Assembly (NCBI GenBank): GCA_016845365.1
Contig: JAERST010000024.1
Location: forward strand, 160,461-224,460
Direction: 5' to 3'
Length of the DNA: 64,000 bases
From: Methanobacteriota archaeon
Lineage (GTDB): Archaea; Thermoplasmatota; Poseidoniia; Poseidoniales; Thalassarchaeaceae
This document shows, piece after piece, positions 1-10,006 of this stretch. Every line of letters begins with the position of its first letter. Positions within the stretch are counted from its first letter, which is position 1. The translations under genes and the position numbers were made by a program. A model generated the notes under the pieces. The model made no database searches. It saw only the letters and a program-made list of their open reading frames with translations, and was not told the DNA's origin.

Positions 1-1826
1 GGAATACGCTGCTCAAGACCGAATGTATCGACGAAAACCAACTCTCCTTCGGCCACCATCCCCGGAGTCAGCAAACCGGCTGGTTCGATGTCGAGAACGA
101 TAATCGGACAGGCTTCTAACTCTCCTTGAGATCGAATCGTTGCGATGCGTGAAAGCGCCCCTTCTACCGCGATTGAGTAAGTCCGCGAACCGCTTCCAGA
201 GCACGAAGTCACAAGAGAAATTCTCGAGTTTTCATCCCACGCAATTACTTCGGTTAAGCGCTCGCCATCGAGTCTGTGACCGATTGAATACCAGTCGAGG
301 TCGATATCCCATTGATGCTCGCCTTCGCACCCCACGGTCCCTCTGACGTAACCTGCTGAACCGTCGACTTCACTGGCGGGAAGTAACTCGAAACTCGATT
401 CTCCCTCGGTTATTTCGACAACGCGCGGGCCACCCTGTGCTGAAGCCGCAGAAGAGTGTACATCAACCAGCAAATCGCAAGATTGGTCGGCGCTGATGGT
501 TGCGATTATTGGTTCAGCGCCGAGAATCTCTAGAGGCCCTCTCGGAGATAAAACGTCAACTGAGGAGGGGGTTTCTGGGAAATCGAATGAGATTGTTGCT
601 TGAGTTCCTGTGAGATTATCGATTGTTGCGGTCCATGGCACGAGGCGGCCTCGGCTATCGCGGATTTCCATCCCCGAGGCGCCTAATTGGCCGCCCTCGC
701 TGAAGACGTCCCCCGCCGCTCCTGTATCGCGAGCACGCTCGAGGGCGGCATCACCATCGGCTTCGATGATTTTCACCCAAGCCGTGCCCGGGTCGGTATT
801 GACCAGATTATCATCCTCATTTCCGTTGTTGCGGTCTTGCTGCTCGACAAGGACGCCGTGGCCAGGGAGGGCTGAGTCGAAGCCGGAATCTGTTCGTAAA
901 GTGAAGCGAATCCATTCATTCGGCGCGATGGCGATTTCGAGTGATGAACCGCCATCGGTTATCCCGTTGATACTGTGTGTTGAGTCGATGTTCGGCGCGA
1001 TGATCGTGCTTCGCTCAATTCCGATGAGATCCATCGTCGAAGCCGCCGGCATCGCAGGAGATTTGCCATTGTCATTCCAATTACCGCTGGCCATCAGTCC
1101 CCAATCTCCGATGCCGTTCCAATTACTGCTCGGCAATTCGCTGTGAACATCGTAGAGGTCGAGAGCTCCCATTTGATGGAGCATCTCGTGAACAACAGTC
1201 CCTAAACCGGAGTCTATCGAAGCGATTGTGAAGTGTTCAATTGTCCATTCTCCCAGAGTTAGAGATTCTTGCATTGATGTAAAATGACTCCAAAATGAAT
1301 TGGCACCGCCGCCCTTTTCTTGCGGTTGGGCAGAATGCAGGATGAGTATACGGTCGACTGTGCCATCATTATCGAGGTCCCAGCGACTGAGGTCTTCACC
1401 GTCCAGCAAGTCGCTGGCGACCTCGGCCAGTAGCGTCTCAGCCCCATTACCATCAGCGCCAGCGTCTCGCTTACCGTCGACATCCTCTCCCCATCGCTTG
1501 ACTCCGTGAGGAGATTGCCAAACCTCGTCGAAGAGGGTGGCGCTGAGTGTGGACTGGTCAGCGGTGAGTTGGGCGATGTAATCCTCGGCCGAGTCTGCAC
1601 CTGTCAACAGAGCCCTCGCCTTGCTGTGAGCGAAGTTACTGCCGGGAAATTCAACCTGCAAAACTAGCCATTCTTCTGAGGCTTGAATTCCGAGCAAAGC
1701 CAATGGCTCTGGCTCATCACGAGGAGCCTGTTTCGAAGCCCAGTCGTCGACCAAATCGGCATTCATTTGGACGAAGAGAGCGCTGATGAGAAGAAGGGTC
1801 GCAATGACCGCTCTAAGCGCTCTCAT
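1..1826 (-). CDS. Secreted M6-family (immune inhibitor A-like) zinc metalloprotease, 3' end truncated by the window edge
   Basis: Not in the ORF track. Manual translation of the start and the motif region: ATG at 1826 gives signal-like MRALRAVIATLLLISALF. In frame at ~1070-1200 is GTVVHEMLHQMGALDLYD...GDWGLMASGNW, i.e. HExxH plus M6-type DLYD and WxLMxxG motifs. Continuity to base 1 is assumed, not fully translated. Confidence 0.85.
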   Translation of the reverse strand, partial: MRALRAVIATLLLISALFVQMNADLVDDWASKQAPRDEPEPLALLGIQASEEWLVLQVEFPGSNFAHSKARALLTGADSAEDYIAQLTADQSTLSATLFDEVWQSPHGVKRWGEDVDGKRDAGADGNGAETLLAEVASDLLDGEDLSRWDLDNDGTVDRILILHSAQPQEKGGGANSFWSHFTSMQESLTLGEWTIEHFTIASIDSGLGTVVHEMLHQMGALDLYDVHSELPSSNWNGIGDWGLMASGNWNDNGKSPAMPAASTMDLIGIERSTIIAPNIDSTHSINGITDGGSSLEIAIAPNEWIRFTLRTDSGFDSALPGHGVLVEQQDRNNGNEDDNLVNTDPGTAWVKIIEADGDAALERARDTGAAGDVFSEGGQLGASGMEIRDSRGRLVPWTATIDNLTGTQATISFDFPETPSSVDVLSPRGPLEILGAEPIIATISADQSCDLLVDVHSSAASAQGGPRVVEITEGESSFELLPASEVDGSAGYVRGTVGCEGEHQWDIDLDWYSIGHRLDGERLTEVIAWDENSRISLVTSCSGSGSRTYSIAVEGALSRIATIRSQGELEACPIIVLDIEPAGLLTPGMVAEGELVFVDTFGLEQRI

Positions 1827-1891
1827 GCCATCGACGGGGCTTTCCGTTCCCTTGAAGGGAACGGATTGTCGAATCCTCCAGAAGTCGTTTC

Positions 1892-3019
1892 CTACTGATT
1901 GGAGGATTCGTCAGAAGATGCACGATATTGAGATGTGTGCATCTGCACCGATTGCCGGCGCCACAGTTGGGAGTCAGAACGTGGATCATCAAGCCATCCG
2001 AGTCCAATGACCTGCGTCCCAGCCGACGTGAGAGCGTTCGTGAGGTAGTTGGGGATTGGAGTGCCATCACAACCTGTTACCGCCAAACGAGTGAGTCCGG
2101 TTCTGCGAGCGGTTTCGAGTAATTCTTCTTGCTCTCTCTGCTCAAGACATAATGCCCCTGCCTGAACTACTCCGATACCTCGCCCCGCCCACTGCCGGTT
2201 CATGCTCGGACAGGCTCCCTCACACGAACAATCCAGCATCAAAACTCGCTGAGTGTCCCCATCTCTGTCACGCAGGGTCGGAAGTCGAATAATTCGTGCT
2301 CCCAATGGTCCAGTCGGTGTGCTTCGGGACAGAATTTCCGTGAGGCAAGCAACCGTGACTGCAATCAAAACTCGGACTCCCTCGAAGGTGGCAGGTAATG
2401 TCAGGATTAGCGTGCCCGCGCAAATTGCGAGAATTCGGTTGCGGAATCGGCTGTGGCCACCTTCGACCAGGCCAAAAATCCGTGAGAGTGAAAGGAATAA
2501 GCTGCTGATGAAGAGGAGGATTAGGATCCAGGAAAGGCCGCTGGCTAGAGCGAATAATTCCGCTGCGTCGTAATGGGCAGATACTCCAGATATCGTATCC
2601 AGTTCTAGACCGATTTCGACGAAATATGGAATCATCTCGAACCATACCCAATAGAGAGTCAGAGGCACGAGGATAGCGCTTAGCAGAAGGAAGGAGTCAA
2701 ACCAGCGCTTTTCTGCCAAGGATAGGCCTGGGCGTGCAAATTTTCGGATATCGAGAGAAAGGAATGGTAGTGTCAACGTTGCAGCGATAATGAAAACTGC
2801 AACAATTCTCATCTCGACCCAATCGTAAGGGCCGTAAACCGAAAGCGCTCCTGCTGGAGATTGGGTCGATGCCCAATCGAATACGATTGATTCTATCCAA
2901 ATCGAAGTAATCGCGGCTATGATAACGAAGACGAGTGCCGCTCTTCGAATCACCGAATGAAGCTGTGCAAGGTGATTCGCAACCGGAACTGGCCGGTCGC
3001 CGAAAGAAGTTGATTCCAT
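1892..3019 (-). CDS. tatC: Divergent TatC-family protein with a C-terminal Cys-rich domain
   Basis: N-terminal HLAQL, PF..DIRKFARPGLSLAEKR (TatC F..PGL...EK motif) and about 6 TM segments. The extra C-terminal ~130 aa contain CSCEGAC/ALC/VTGC. Confidence 0.75.
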   Translation of the reverse strand: MESTSFGDRPVPVANHLAQLHSVIRRAALVFVIIAAITSIWIESIVFDWASTQSPAGALSVYGPYDWVEMRIVAVFIIAATLTLPFLSLDIRKFARPGLSLAEKRWFDSFLLLSAILVPLTLYWVWFEMIPYFVEIGLELDTISGVSAHYDAAELFALASGLSWILILLFISSLFLSLSRIFGLVEGGHSRFRNRILAICAGTLILTLPATFEGVRVLIAVTVACLTEILSRSTPTGPLGARIIRLPTLRDRDGDTQRVLMLDCSCEGACPSMNRQWAGRGIGVVQAGALCLEQREQEELLETARRTGLTRLAVTGCDGTPIPNYLTNALTSAGTQVIGLGWLDDPRSDSQLWRRQSVQMHTSQYRASSDESSNQ

Positions 3020-3020
3020 C

Positions 3021-4019
3021 TCACATCACATCGTGAACGGTGGGCTCGGCCTTCGCGGACCGTACCGTTCGATAGACACCGTAAGATGCCCATGCCGCGA
3101 TGAACCAAGCGCAGCCGATGATGAAATCACCTTGACCGCCATTTGCGGTCCAATCGACTGCTAAGTAGAATGCGAGAAGGGCGACGAGACCTCGACGAAT
3201 TCCTTGTGGGTAGGCCAATTCCATGGCCAAGTGCTCTGGCCCTGTTTGGTAACGGCGCTCCAAAATTTCGCGTTGGTAAACAGCGCCGACGAGGAGAGCG
3301 GTTAGAGAGGTCCAGTAGAATAGATTGCCTTTCTCGAAGATTCTGTCAGAGAGAGCTTCTTGGCGCTTAGCTTCCTTTTGTGCCTCGCTCTCCTCGAGAA
3401 CAAAGAGCGTGTCATAATCGCCAACGGCTATGGTGCGGGTTTGCAATGTTGCGGGGCTGTCTCCATAGGTAATCGTGCCTGGTGCATTGATTGAGAAGGT
3501 CAAGACATTCCAGTAATCGCCCTCATCAGGTAGACCACTAGAATCAACCGAGTTCCCTACGAGGCTGAAGTGAACAGCACCAGAATCCTCGCTCGGGGCT
3601 GTCCAAGTGAATGTCCAGACACCATTGCCAGTGTGAGCGTGGGAAATCGCATCTGGGTCATCTTCAGCCTCGCGGATATCTTCACTTGAATCCCAAGAAA
3701 AAGCCCCGACTCCGTTAGCAGTCAGGATGAATCCAGCCTTGGTATTACCATCGGAGCCGGCTAGGGTTACCGAGTCGGCGACGGTGATGATCATCTCGTA
3801 GGCTGCACCAGCATCGTACATCACCGGAACTCCAGAGATCATCACGACCGCGCGATCAGCAGTTGCACCATTACCGTGGCAGGAGCAACCGTATTTCACG
3901 GTCTCGTCATTATCTCCATTCAGTTGAGGAGGGCCTTGGCTATTACCGAAGGCCGGCAGAGCGAGTAGGCCAATGAGAATCAAAGCGACCAGAAGTCTTG
4001 GAGAACGACCCATCAGCAC
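3021..4019 (-). CDS. Exported reeler/choice-of-anchor-V-like domain membrane protein with CxCH motif
   Basis: Signal peptide, GCSCHG, WTFTWTAP..SG.V.F...GNSVD motif, C-terminal TM helices; paralog of 49723..50538. Confidence 0.65.
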   Translation of the reverse strand: MLMGRSPRLLVALILIGLLALPAFGNSQGPPQLNGDNDETVKYGCSCHGNGATADRAVVMISGVPVMYDAGAAYEMIITVADSVTLAGSDGNTKAGFILTANGVGAFSWDSSEDIREAEDDPDAISHAHTGNGVWTFTWTAPSEDSGAVHFSLVGNSVDSSGLPDEGDYWNVLTFSINAPGTITYGDSPATLQTRTIAVGDYDTLFVLEESEAQKEAKRQEALSDRIFEKGNLFYWTSLTALLVGAVYQREILERRYQTGPEHLAMELAYPQGIRRGLVALLAFYLAVDWTANGGQGDFIIGCAWFIAAWASYGVYRTVRSAKAEPTVHDVM

Positions 4020-4093
4020 TCACCCTCAACTTTCTGCGGCCTCGTCGAACACATAACCATTGCTCGCTCGCCTCCCATGGGGAGGCGGAGAAA

Positions 4094-5524
4094 TCAGAGC
4101 TCCTTAACGGCGGCATTGAGTTCGTTCATCATCTTCTTGCCGTCTCCGAAGAGCATCATCGTCTTGTCTTCGTAGAAGAGGTCGTTATCGACTCCAGCAT
4201 AACCTACTGAGAGACTGCGCTTGATGATGACAACGGTGCGTGCCATGTCAGCATCGATGATTGGCATACCAGCCAGAGGACCCTCTCCCGTGCGGGCTGC
4301 AGGGTTGCAGGTATCGTTGGCTCCGATGATGAGAGCGATGTCTGCCTCAGGCATCTCTGGATTGATTTCATCCATCTCGATGAGTTGCTCGTACGGCACA
4401 TTTGCCTCAGCTAGTAAGACATTCATGTGACCGGGCATACGACCTGCGACAGGGTGGATTGCGTACTTGACCTCGGTGTCGAATTTCTCGGCGACGAGGT
4501 CGGCGAATTCCTTGACTTGGTGCTGGCACTGGCTAACCGCCATTCCATATCCTGGAACGATGATGATCTTCTGAGCCCCATCGACCATCATCGCAACCTC
4601 GTCAGCATCACTACCGACCTTGGTGCGTGTCAATTGCTCCTTATCCGAGCCTCCGAATGCCTTGAAGAGGACATCCTTGAGCTCGCGATTCATAGCCTTG
4701 CACATGATGAAAGTGAGGATTAATCCGCTCGCTCCGACCAGCGAACCAGCGACGATTAGTACGCTGTTGGAGATGATGAAGCCGGTGAAGGCGGCGGCGA
4801 TTCCGGACAGCGAGTTGAGTAGCGACACAACTACTGGCATATCGGCGCCGCCGATCGGAAGAACGAGCAGAACACCGAGGAGACATGAAATTCCGATGAT
4901 TGCGAATAGGTAATCGGTATTGGTTGGCTCCTCGATTGCCAAGATGATTAACGCCAAAGTTCCGAAGAAAAGTAGGGCCTTGATTGGATTAAGCCATTCA
5001 GGCCCCCAAGTCGGCGTGCGAATCCACTTGCCGAAGATTTCGACGCCGCCCTTGAGTTTGAGCATGGCGAGGAGAGAGCCGGTTAGGGTCATCCAGCCAA
5101 CTAGCGCGGAGAGTCCGGCGGCGACGACCATGACTTGCAATTCGAGCCCAGCAGGAAGTTCTAGGCTCGCATCCTCGATGTATTTCCACGACTCCGAGAG
5201 AGCGACGAGAGCTGATGCAGCCCCTCCAAATCCATTGAACAGAGCGACCAATTCAGGCATTCCCGTCATCTCGACGCGAACTGCCATGATCCAGCCGATT
5301 GCTCCACCAATCAGCAAACCACTGCCAATCAATGTCCAACCGACGATTCCTTCGCCGAGTTCCATTTGCAGAATCGTCGTCAACACAGCGACGAGCATTC
5401 CCATCGCACCGAGTTGGTTTCCGCGAGGTGCGGTGCGAGGGTGAGAGAGCTTCTTCAATCCGAAGATAAAGAGAGCAGCAGAAAGTAAGTAGCCAAGAGC
5501 CACCCAATCTGAGTCAAACATCAC
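4094..5524 (-). CDS. pntB: NAD(P) transhydrogenase subunit beta
   Basis: MPELVALFNGFGG, IGGADMPVVVSLLNS, VPGYGMAV, IHPVAGRMPGHMNVLLAEA motifs. Confidence 0.97.
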   Translation of the reverse strand: MMFDSDWVALGYLLSAALFIFGLKKLSHPRTAPRGNQLGAMGMLVAVLTTILQMELGEGIVGWTLIGSGLLIGGAIGWIMAVRVEMTGMPELVALFNGFGGAASALVALSESWKYIEDASLELPAGLELQVMVVAAGLSALVGWMTLTGSLLAMLKLKGGVEIFGKWIRTPTWGPEWLNPIKALLFFGTLALIILAIEEPTNTDYLFAIIGISCLLGVLLVLPIGGADMPVVVSLLNSLSGIAAAFTGFIISNSVLIVAGSLVGASGLILTFIMCKAMNRELKDVLFKAFGGSDKEQLTRTKVGSDADEVAMMVDGAQKIIIVPGYGMAVSQCQHQVKEFADLVAEKFDTEVKYAIHPVAGRMPGHMNVLLAEANVPYEQLIEMDEINPEMPEADIALIIGANDTCNPAARTGEGPLAGMPIIDADMARTVVIIKRSLSVGYAGVDNDLFYEDKTMMLFGDGKKMMNELNAAVKEL

Positions 5525-5832
5525 TGACCACCTCGCTTCTTACCTGCAATCATGTTCAGCATACGATTTGTCACAGCAAATCCGCCAACTACGTTGATCA
5601 TTGCTAGAACAACTGCGATGAATGCGAGAATACCACTGACCATCGTGTCCCCACCGGAGTAAGCGACGTTAGCTCCGACAAGGGCACCGACGATACTGAT
5701 TCCCGAGATTGCATTTGCACCGCTCATAAGTGGTGTGTGCAGAGTCGCTGGCACCTTCGTGATCAGTTCGAACCCGAGGAAAATCGACAGTGCGAAGAGT
5801 GTGATTGAGCCGATTAGCATTGTTGGATCCAT
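5521..5832 (-). CDS. pntAB: NAD(P) transhydrogenase subunit alpha part 2 (membrane)
   Basis: LHTPLMSGANAISG and NVVGGFAVTNRML motifs. Confidence 0.95.
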   Translation of the reverse strand: MDPTMLIGSITLFALSIFLGFELITKVPATLHTPLMSGANAISGISIVGALVGANVAYSGGDTMVSGILAFIAVVLAMINVVGGFAVTNRMLNMIAGKKRGGQ

Positions 5833-6992
5833 CAGAGAACACCTCCTAACCTAGTCTGCTTTGGGTGCATTTTCCCGTCAGAACAGATGAGGACGCCGCC
5901 CATTCCTGGGACGTGGAAATCGTTACCCTCGGGCGCACCGACGAGGACATCATCTTCCTCCGAGAGGACTAGTTCACCCTCCTTGGTGATTGAAGTGATG
6001 AACGTTGTAAGATTGTTTGAGTAAAGCATTGAAGCGGTATTAGCGAGAGTTCCGGGCAAGTTCTTCGTTCCGATGATTGTTACACCATTCTCGGTAGTGA
6101 TGACTTCGCCGGCCACGGTATCCTCGCAATTACCACCAACATCCGCGTTCATATCGACTATTACTGCGCCTGACTTGAACGCGGCGACCGCGCTGCTCGG
6201 CACTGTGATCGGTGCAGGACGCCCGAAGATTCGCGCGGTCGTGACAATGATGTCAGCGTCTTTGGCGACACCGCAAACGGTGTCGTTGACCTTTTGGATG
6301 AATTCGGGAGTGAGAGGCTTGGCGTAGCCGGATTCATCCTCGAAATCATCCATTCCATCAACTTCGATGAAGCGCCCGCCGACCGATTCAATTTGCTCGG
6401 CGGCTGACTTGCGAACATCCGATGCGTATACGACAGCACCCAAGCGCTTGGCGGTGGCGATGGCTTGCAGGCCAGCGACACCGCTTCCCATGATTACCGC
6501 CTTTGCAGGACGTACTGTTCCTGCAGAAGTCGTCATCATCGGTATGCCCTTTGCGACTGCTGCTGCACCGAGCAGGACAGCCTTGTATCCGGCTAGATTG
6601 TCCTGACTCGAATTAACATCCATCGATTGAGCTCGAGAGAGACGACGCGGAATCATATCCATCGAAAGCAGAGTTACCTCCGCGTCGAGGCACGCCTGAA
6701 CCTTCTCAGGGTGCCGGAAAGGATCTGCAACACAAGCGACGACCTGTCCGGAGTGGAGGTCTGAGACATCGGGAAGGTGTATCGAAATGATTAGCGGGGC
6801 AGCCAGAACATCGGAACGACTTGTCACCGTAGCACCGGCATCTGAGTACTCTGCGTCGGAGTGATTTGCAGAGATTCCAGCGCCGGATTCGACAACGACC
6901 TCAAAGCCAGACTTGCCGAGTTTGCGCAACGATTTCGGGACGATTGCGACCCTGTTCTCTCCCTCTGGCTCCTTCAAAACACCCAGTATCAT
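5832..6992 (-). CDS. pntAA: NAD(P) transhydrogenase subunit alpha part 1 (NAD-binding dI)
   Basis: GVLKE..GENRVA, RAQSMDV.SSQ.NLAGY, GSGVAGLQAIATAKRLGA, GGNCE. Start moved to ATG 6992. Confidence 0.95.
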   Translation of the reverse strand: MILGVLKEPEGENRVAIVPKSLRKLGKSGFEVVVESGAGISANHSDAEYSDAGATVTSRSDVLAAPLIISIHLPDVSDLHSGQVVACVADPFRHPEKVQACLDAEVTLLSMDMIPRRLSRAQSMDVNSSQDNLAGYKAVLLGAAAVAKGIPMMTTSAGTVRPAKAVIMGSGVAGLQAIATAKRLGAVVYASDVRKSAAEQIESVGGRFIEVDGMDDFEDESGYAKPLTPEFIQKVNDTVCGVAKDADIIVTTARIFGRPAPITVPSSAVAAFKSGAVIVDMNADVGGNCEDTVAGEVITTENGVTIIGTKNLPGTLANTASMLYSNNLTTFITSITKEGELVLSEEDDVLVGAPEGNDFHVPGMGGVLICSDGKMHPKQTRLGGVL

Positions 6993-7130
6993 CAACAACA
7001 CGCTCGCCCCGATGAGCCGTAGGCTCAAGTCAGGTAAGGTGAGCGACCGACACTCGATTATTGAATCAAACGGATGGTGTGGTTCCTGCACCGACTCGGG
7101 CGAGCGAGAAATTGTCGTTTTCTTGCGACT

Positions 7131-7853
7131 TCAGAAGAGCAGGAAATAGGCCACGCCAAAGACTGCAACGTCTGCGATTGCGTGGGAGACCCAACAGGCT
7201 GCGAGAGAGCGGTGCCGGAGCCAAAGAATTGACCAAATTGCTCCTGCACCGAGGATGGCGATGGTTGCCAAAGCATTCTGCCAGAGTGCGAAATAATAGG
7301 TCAGAGCAACTGTGTGATGCAGAGTGAAAATCACAGCTGAACCGGCGACTGAGGCTGCATTATTTCCGGTCAATTCGAAGAGGCGGTCGCCGATGAATTG
7401 CCTGAAGACAAATTCTTCGATTAGGCTATTGATGAAAATCCAGTAAAAGGCGCCAAGAAAAAATGTGGTTGGATTAAGCAGGCCAGTGGCGCCGATTTCA
7501 TCCCGCATCAGATCGATATCAACCGAGTCACCGAGTACAAAGTAAGTTGCAGCAATAACCGCAAACATCCCAAGTCCCGAAACTATCGATTCGTTACGTG
7601 CCTGCACGGAAAATTTGTCGAGGCCAAGCAAGTCTCGAATTGAAAATGCCTTGACCTCGAGGCGATACAGCCACCACAAGGGAATTCCGATTATCCACAA
7701 TTTTGCAAAGACGAAAAAGGCCTGTCCGGCAAGTTCGCTCGAGGACCAAGAGTAGGCGAATAGAATCGAAGTGGTCGGCATCAAGGCTACAAGAAGTAGC
7801 GAGAGAAATGCCGCTGTGCGCCTCTCCATGCAAATAGCAGAAGCATCGCACAA
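7131..7853 (-). CDS. CPBP (Abi/CAAX type II) intramembrane glutamic protease
   Basis: Multi-TM protein with EEFVFR, FTLHH and SHAIAD motifs. Confidence 0.85.
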   Translation of the reverse strand: MCDASAICMERRTAAFLSLLLVALMPTTSILFAYSWSSSELAGQAFFVFAKLWIIGIPLWWLYRLEVKAFSIRDLLGLDKFSVQARNESIVSGLGMFAVIAATYFVLGDSVDIDLMRDEIGATGLLNPTTFFLGAFYWIFINSLIEEFVFRQFIGDRLFELTGNNAASVAGSAVIFTLHHTVALTYYFALWQNALATIAILGAGAIWSILWLRHRSLAACWVSHAIADVAVFGVAYFLLF

Positions 7854-7938
7854 TTGAGGTTGTTGCAGTCATGGATTGAACGAACCTCTCGCCAAAGGCT
7901 AAGGATGGATTGCAGACCGGCCGGAACGAGGGAACCTC

Positions 7939-8877
7939 ATGGCACGCGGAGCAAGAAAGGTAGCAGTCATCGGAGCGGGGAATGTCGGCGCGACTTGCGC
8001 ATTCGTTTTGGCGGAGCGCAAGGTCGGAGAAATCGTACTACTGGATATCTTCGAGGGCTTTGCAAAGGGTAAGGCCCTCGACATGAGCCAAGGTGGTCAG
8101 ATTCTCAATTACGATGGTAAGATTACTGGCACTGCAGACTACGCAGATATCGCTGGAGCAGATGTTGTTGTGGTTACTTCTGGATTCCCGCGAAAGCCGG
8201 GAATGACTCGCGAAGACCTCATCGGCAAGAATGCTGAGATCATCTCCCAAGTTGGAGCAGGAATTCGCGAGCACGCACCAGACGCTGTAGTTGTCATGGT
8301 CACCAATCCGCTCGACCTGATGACCTACCACATGCAGAAGGTCACAGGCTTCCCACCAAAGCGCGTGGTTGGTCAAGCCGGAATCTTGGATTCGGCACGA
8401 ATGACCCACTTCATCGCCGAAGCTGTTGGATGCTCCAACGAAGATGTTCAGGCGATGGTCCTCGGTGGCCACGGAGATACCATGGTCCCACTACCACGTT
8501 ACACAACAGTTGGTGGAATTCCAATCACTCAACTGCTCGATGAAGAGACCATCGATGCGATTTGCAAGCGCACCGCCGGAGGCGGCGGAGAGATTGTCAA
8601 ATTGCTCGAGCGCGGCAGCGCTTTCTACGCTCCCGGTTCAGCTGCCGCAATCATGGCTGAATCGGTCCTCAACGACCGAAAGCGAGCCCTTCCCTGCAGT
8701 GCTTACCTGACCGGACAGTACGGACTCGATGATGTTTACATCGGTGTACCTGTTGTGCTCGGTTCAAACGGAGTCGAGCGCATCATCGAGTTAGAACTCG
8801 AGGCGCCTGAATTGGAGAGTCTGCAAGGCTCGGCCAACTTCTACAAGAGTCAATTGAGTGAATTGCTCGGCTACTGA
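7939..8877 (+). CDS. mdh: Malate dehydrogenase (LDH-like)
   Basis: GAGNVG, GFPRKPGMTREDL, VTNPLD, LDSAR, GGHGD. Confidence 0.95.
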   Translation: MARGARKVAVIGAGNVGATCAFVLAERKVGEIVLLDIFEGFAKGKALDMSQGGQILNYDGKITGTADYADIAGADVVVVTSGFPRKPGMTREDLIGKNAEIISQVGAGIREHAPDAVVVMVTNPLDLMTYHMQKVTGFPPKRVVGQAGILDSARMTHFIAEAVGCSNEDVQAMVLGGHGDTMVPLPRYTTVGGIPITQLLDEETIDAICKRTAGGGGEIVKLLERGSAFYAPGSAAAIMAESVLNDRKRALPCSAYLTGQYGLDDVYIGVPVVLGSNGVERIIELELEAPELESLQGSANFYKSQLSELLGY

Positions 8878-8917
8878 GCCGTCGCATTCATGCGCTTTGC
8901 GCTGCACAGAACCCACG

Positions 8918-9679
8918 ATGAGTGAGATGCGACGCCACATCCATCTCGAGCATGATGGCAAATTGCTACTCGTCGATTTGGACGGCAACGGCCCTGCCAT
9001 CCCGCAAATGGGACGGGCCGGTTCCGGCGGCTTCTCGATTCGCCTACCAACCCCCGAAGAAGCCGAAGCAATGGGACTAACCTGGAAATCAAAACGCACC
9101 AATCGCTTCCGCCTCGGCCAAGATATGCACGAAGTCATCGTCGCCACACCTGAGATAGATTGGCCCGGAGAATGGGCTTGGAAAGATGCGGTAATCAGCG
9201 ATAGTGAGGTCGACCCGGTGGCCCGAGAGTCAGTCTATCGAACGCTCCACCGGGTCGTAAGCAAAGTCGTAGTAATCAATCCGCGCGGCGAGGTCCTGAT
9301 GGGCAAAGTAACGCGCGGATTCTTCACCGGTTGTTGGACCCTGCCAGGAGGTTTCGTCGATTATGATGAGCACCCACGTATTGGGGCTGAACGTGAGGCT
9401 TTGGAAGAATTAGGAATCAATATCCGAATCGCAGACCCACTAGGCGAGTCAAGCCAAGGCAGCGAAGGCGAAGGAACACCAATCGTCAGGCAAGAAATAT
9501 TCACACCCGACGGAATATGTTGGCTCTCATTCACATATCGATGCCAAGCGGACATTCCAGCAGAGGACATCGTGCCGAAAGACGATGAAATCGAAGAGGC
9601 GCGATGGTTCTCAAAAGAAGAAGCCCTCCAGGTCGCAGTCTCTCTTTTCGACATTGAAGCCATCCAGAAATTCCTCTAA
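8918..9679 (+). CDS. NUDIX hydrolase with N-terminal extension
   Basis: Nudix box GGFVDYDEHPRIGAEREALEELG. Start chosen at ATG 8918 to avoid overlapping mdh. Confidence 0.85.
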   Translation: MSEMRRHIHLEHDGKLLLVDLDGNGPAIPQMGRAGSGGFSIRLPTPEEAEAMGLTWKSKRTNRFRLGQDMHEVIVATPEIDWPGEWAWKDAVISDSEVDPVARESVYRTLHRVVSKVVVINPRGEVLMGKVTRGFFTGCWTLPGGFVDYDEHPRIGAEREALEELGINIRIADPLGESSQGSEGEGTPIVRQEIFTPDGICWLSFTYRCQADIPAEDIVPKDDEIEEARWFSKEEALQVAVSLFDIEAIQKFL

Positions 9680-9824
9680 CAGAAAATACCCAGTAAGAGC
9701 AGAAAAATGCGCTCCGAGTTTCTGACTATGAATCCAAGCGGGAGCAAAAATAGTCGGCGACAAAGTCGCCAAAATTGAGCGCAGTCGCGCTCTAGAGAGC
9801 GCGATATCTCAGAAACGAGGAGAA

Positions 9825-9847
9825 GTGGTGGGTCCGCCAGGATTTGA
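9825..9847. repeat. 23-bp direct repeat of the tRNA-Pro 3' end (att-like)
   Basis: gtggtgggtccgccaggatttga is identical at 9825-9847 and 10006-10028. Confidence 0.85.
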
Positions 9848-10006
9848 CCTTCGAACTGTCTGAAATTGGGATTCATGTTCGAAGGCGCAGCGCGAATTAA
9901 TTCGCGCAAGCGACCAAGCGACTAGATTCAATCCGTTGTCATGTCGCGTAGTTCTTCAATCAAAATTCAGCGGCCCACCACCGCTTGCATAAGCTGGAAT
10001 CTAAGG

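Noticed and set aside
13..1898. Short ORFs in the track (e.g. 610..1146+, 1259..1600-)
   Set aside because: They are shadows of the minus-strand M6 protease frame, which runs off the window edge.
9676..9909. 77-aa ORF near the att-like repeat as a possible integrase remnant
   Set aside because: No tyrosine-recombinase motifs, and it runs across the repeat itself; probably spurious.
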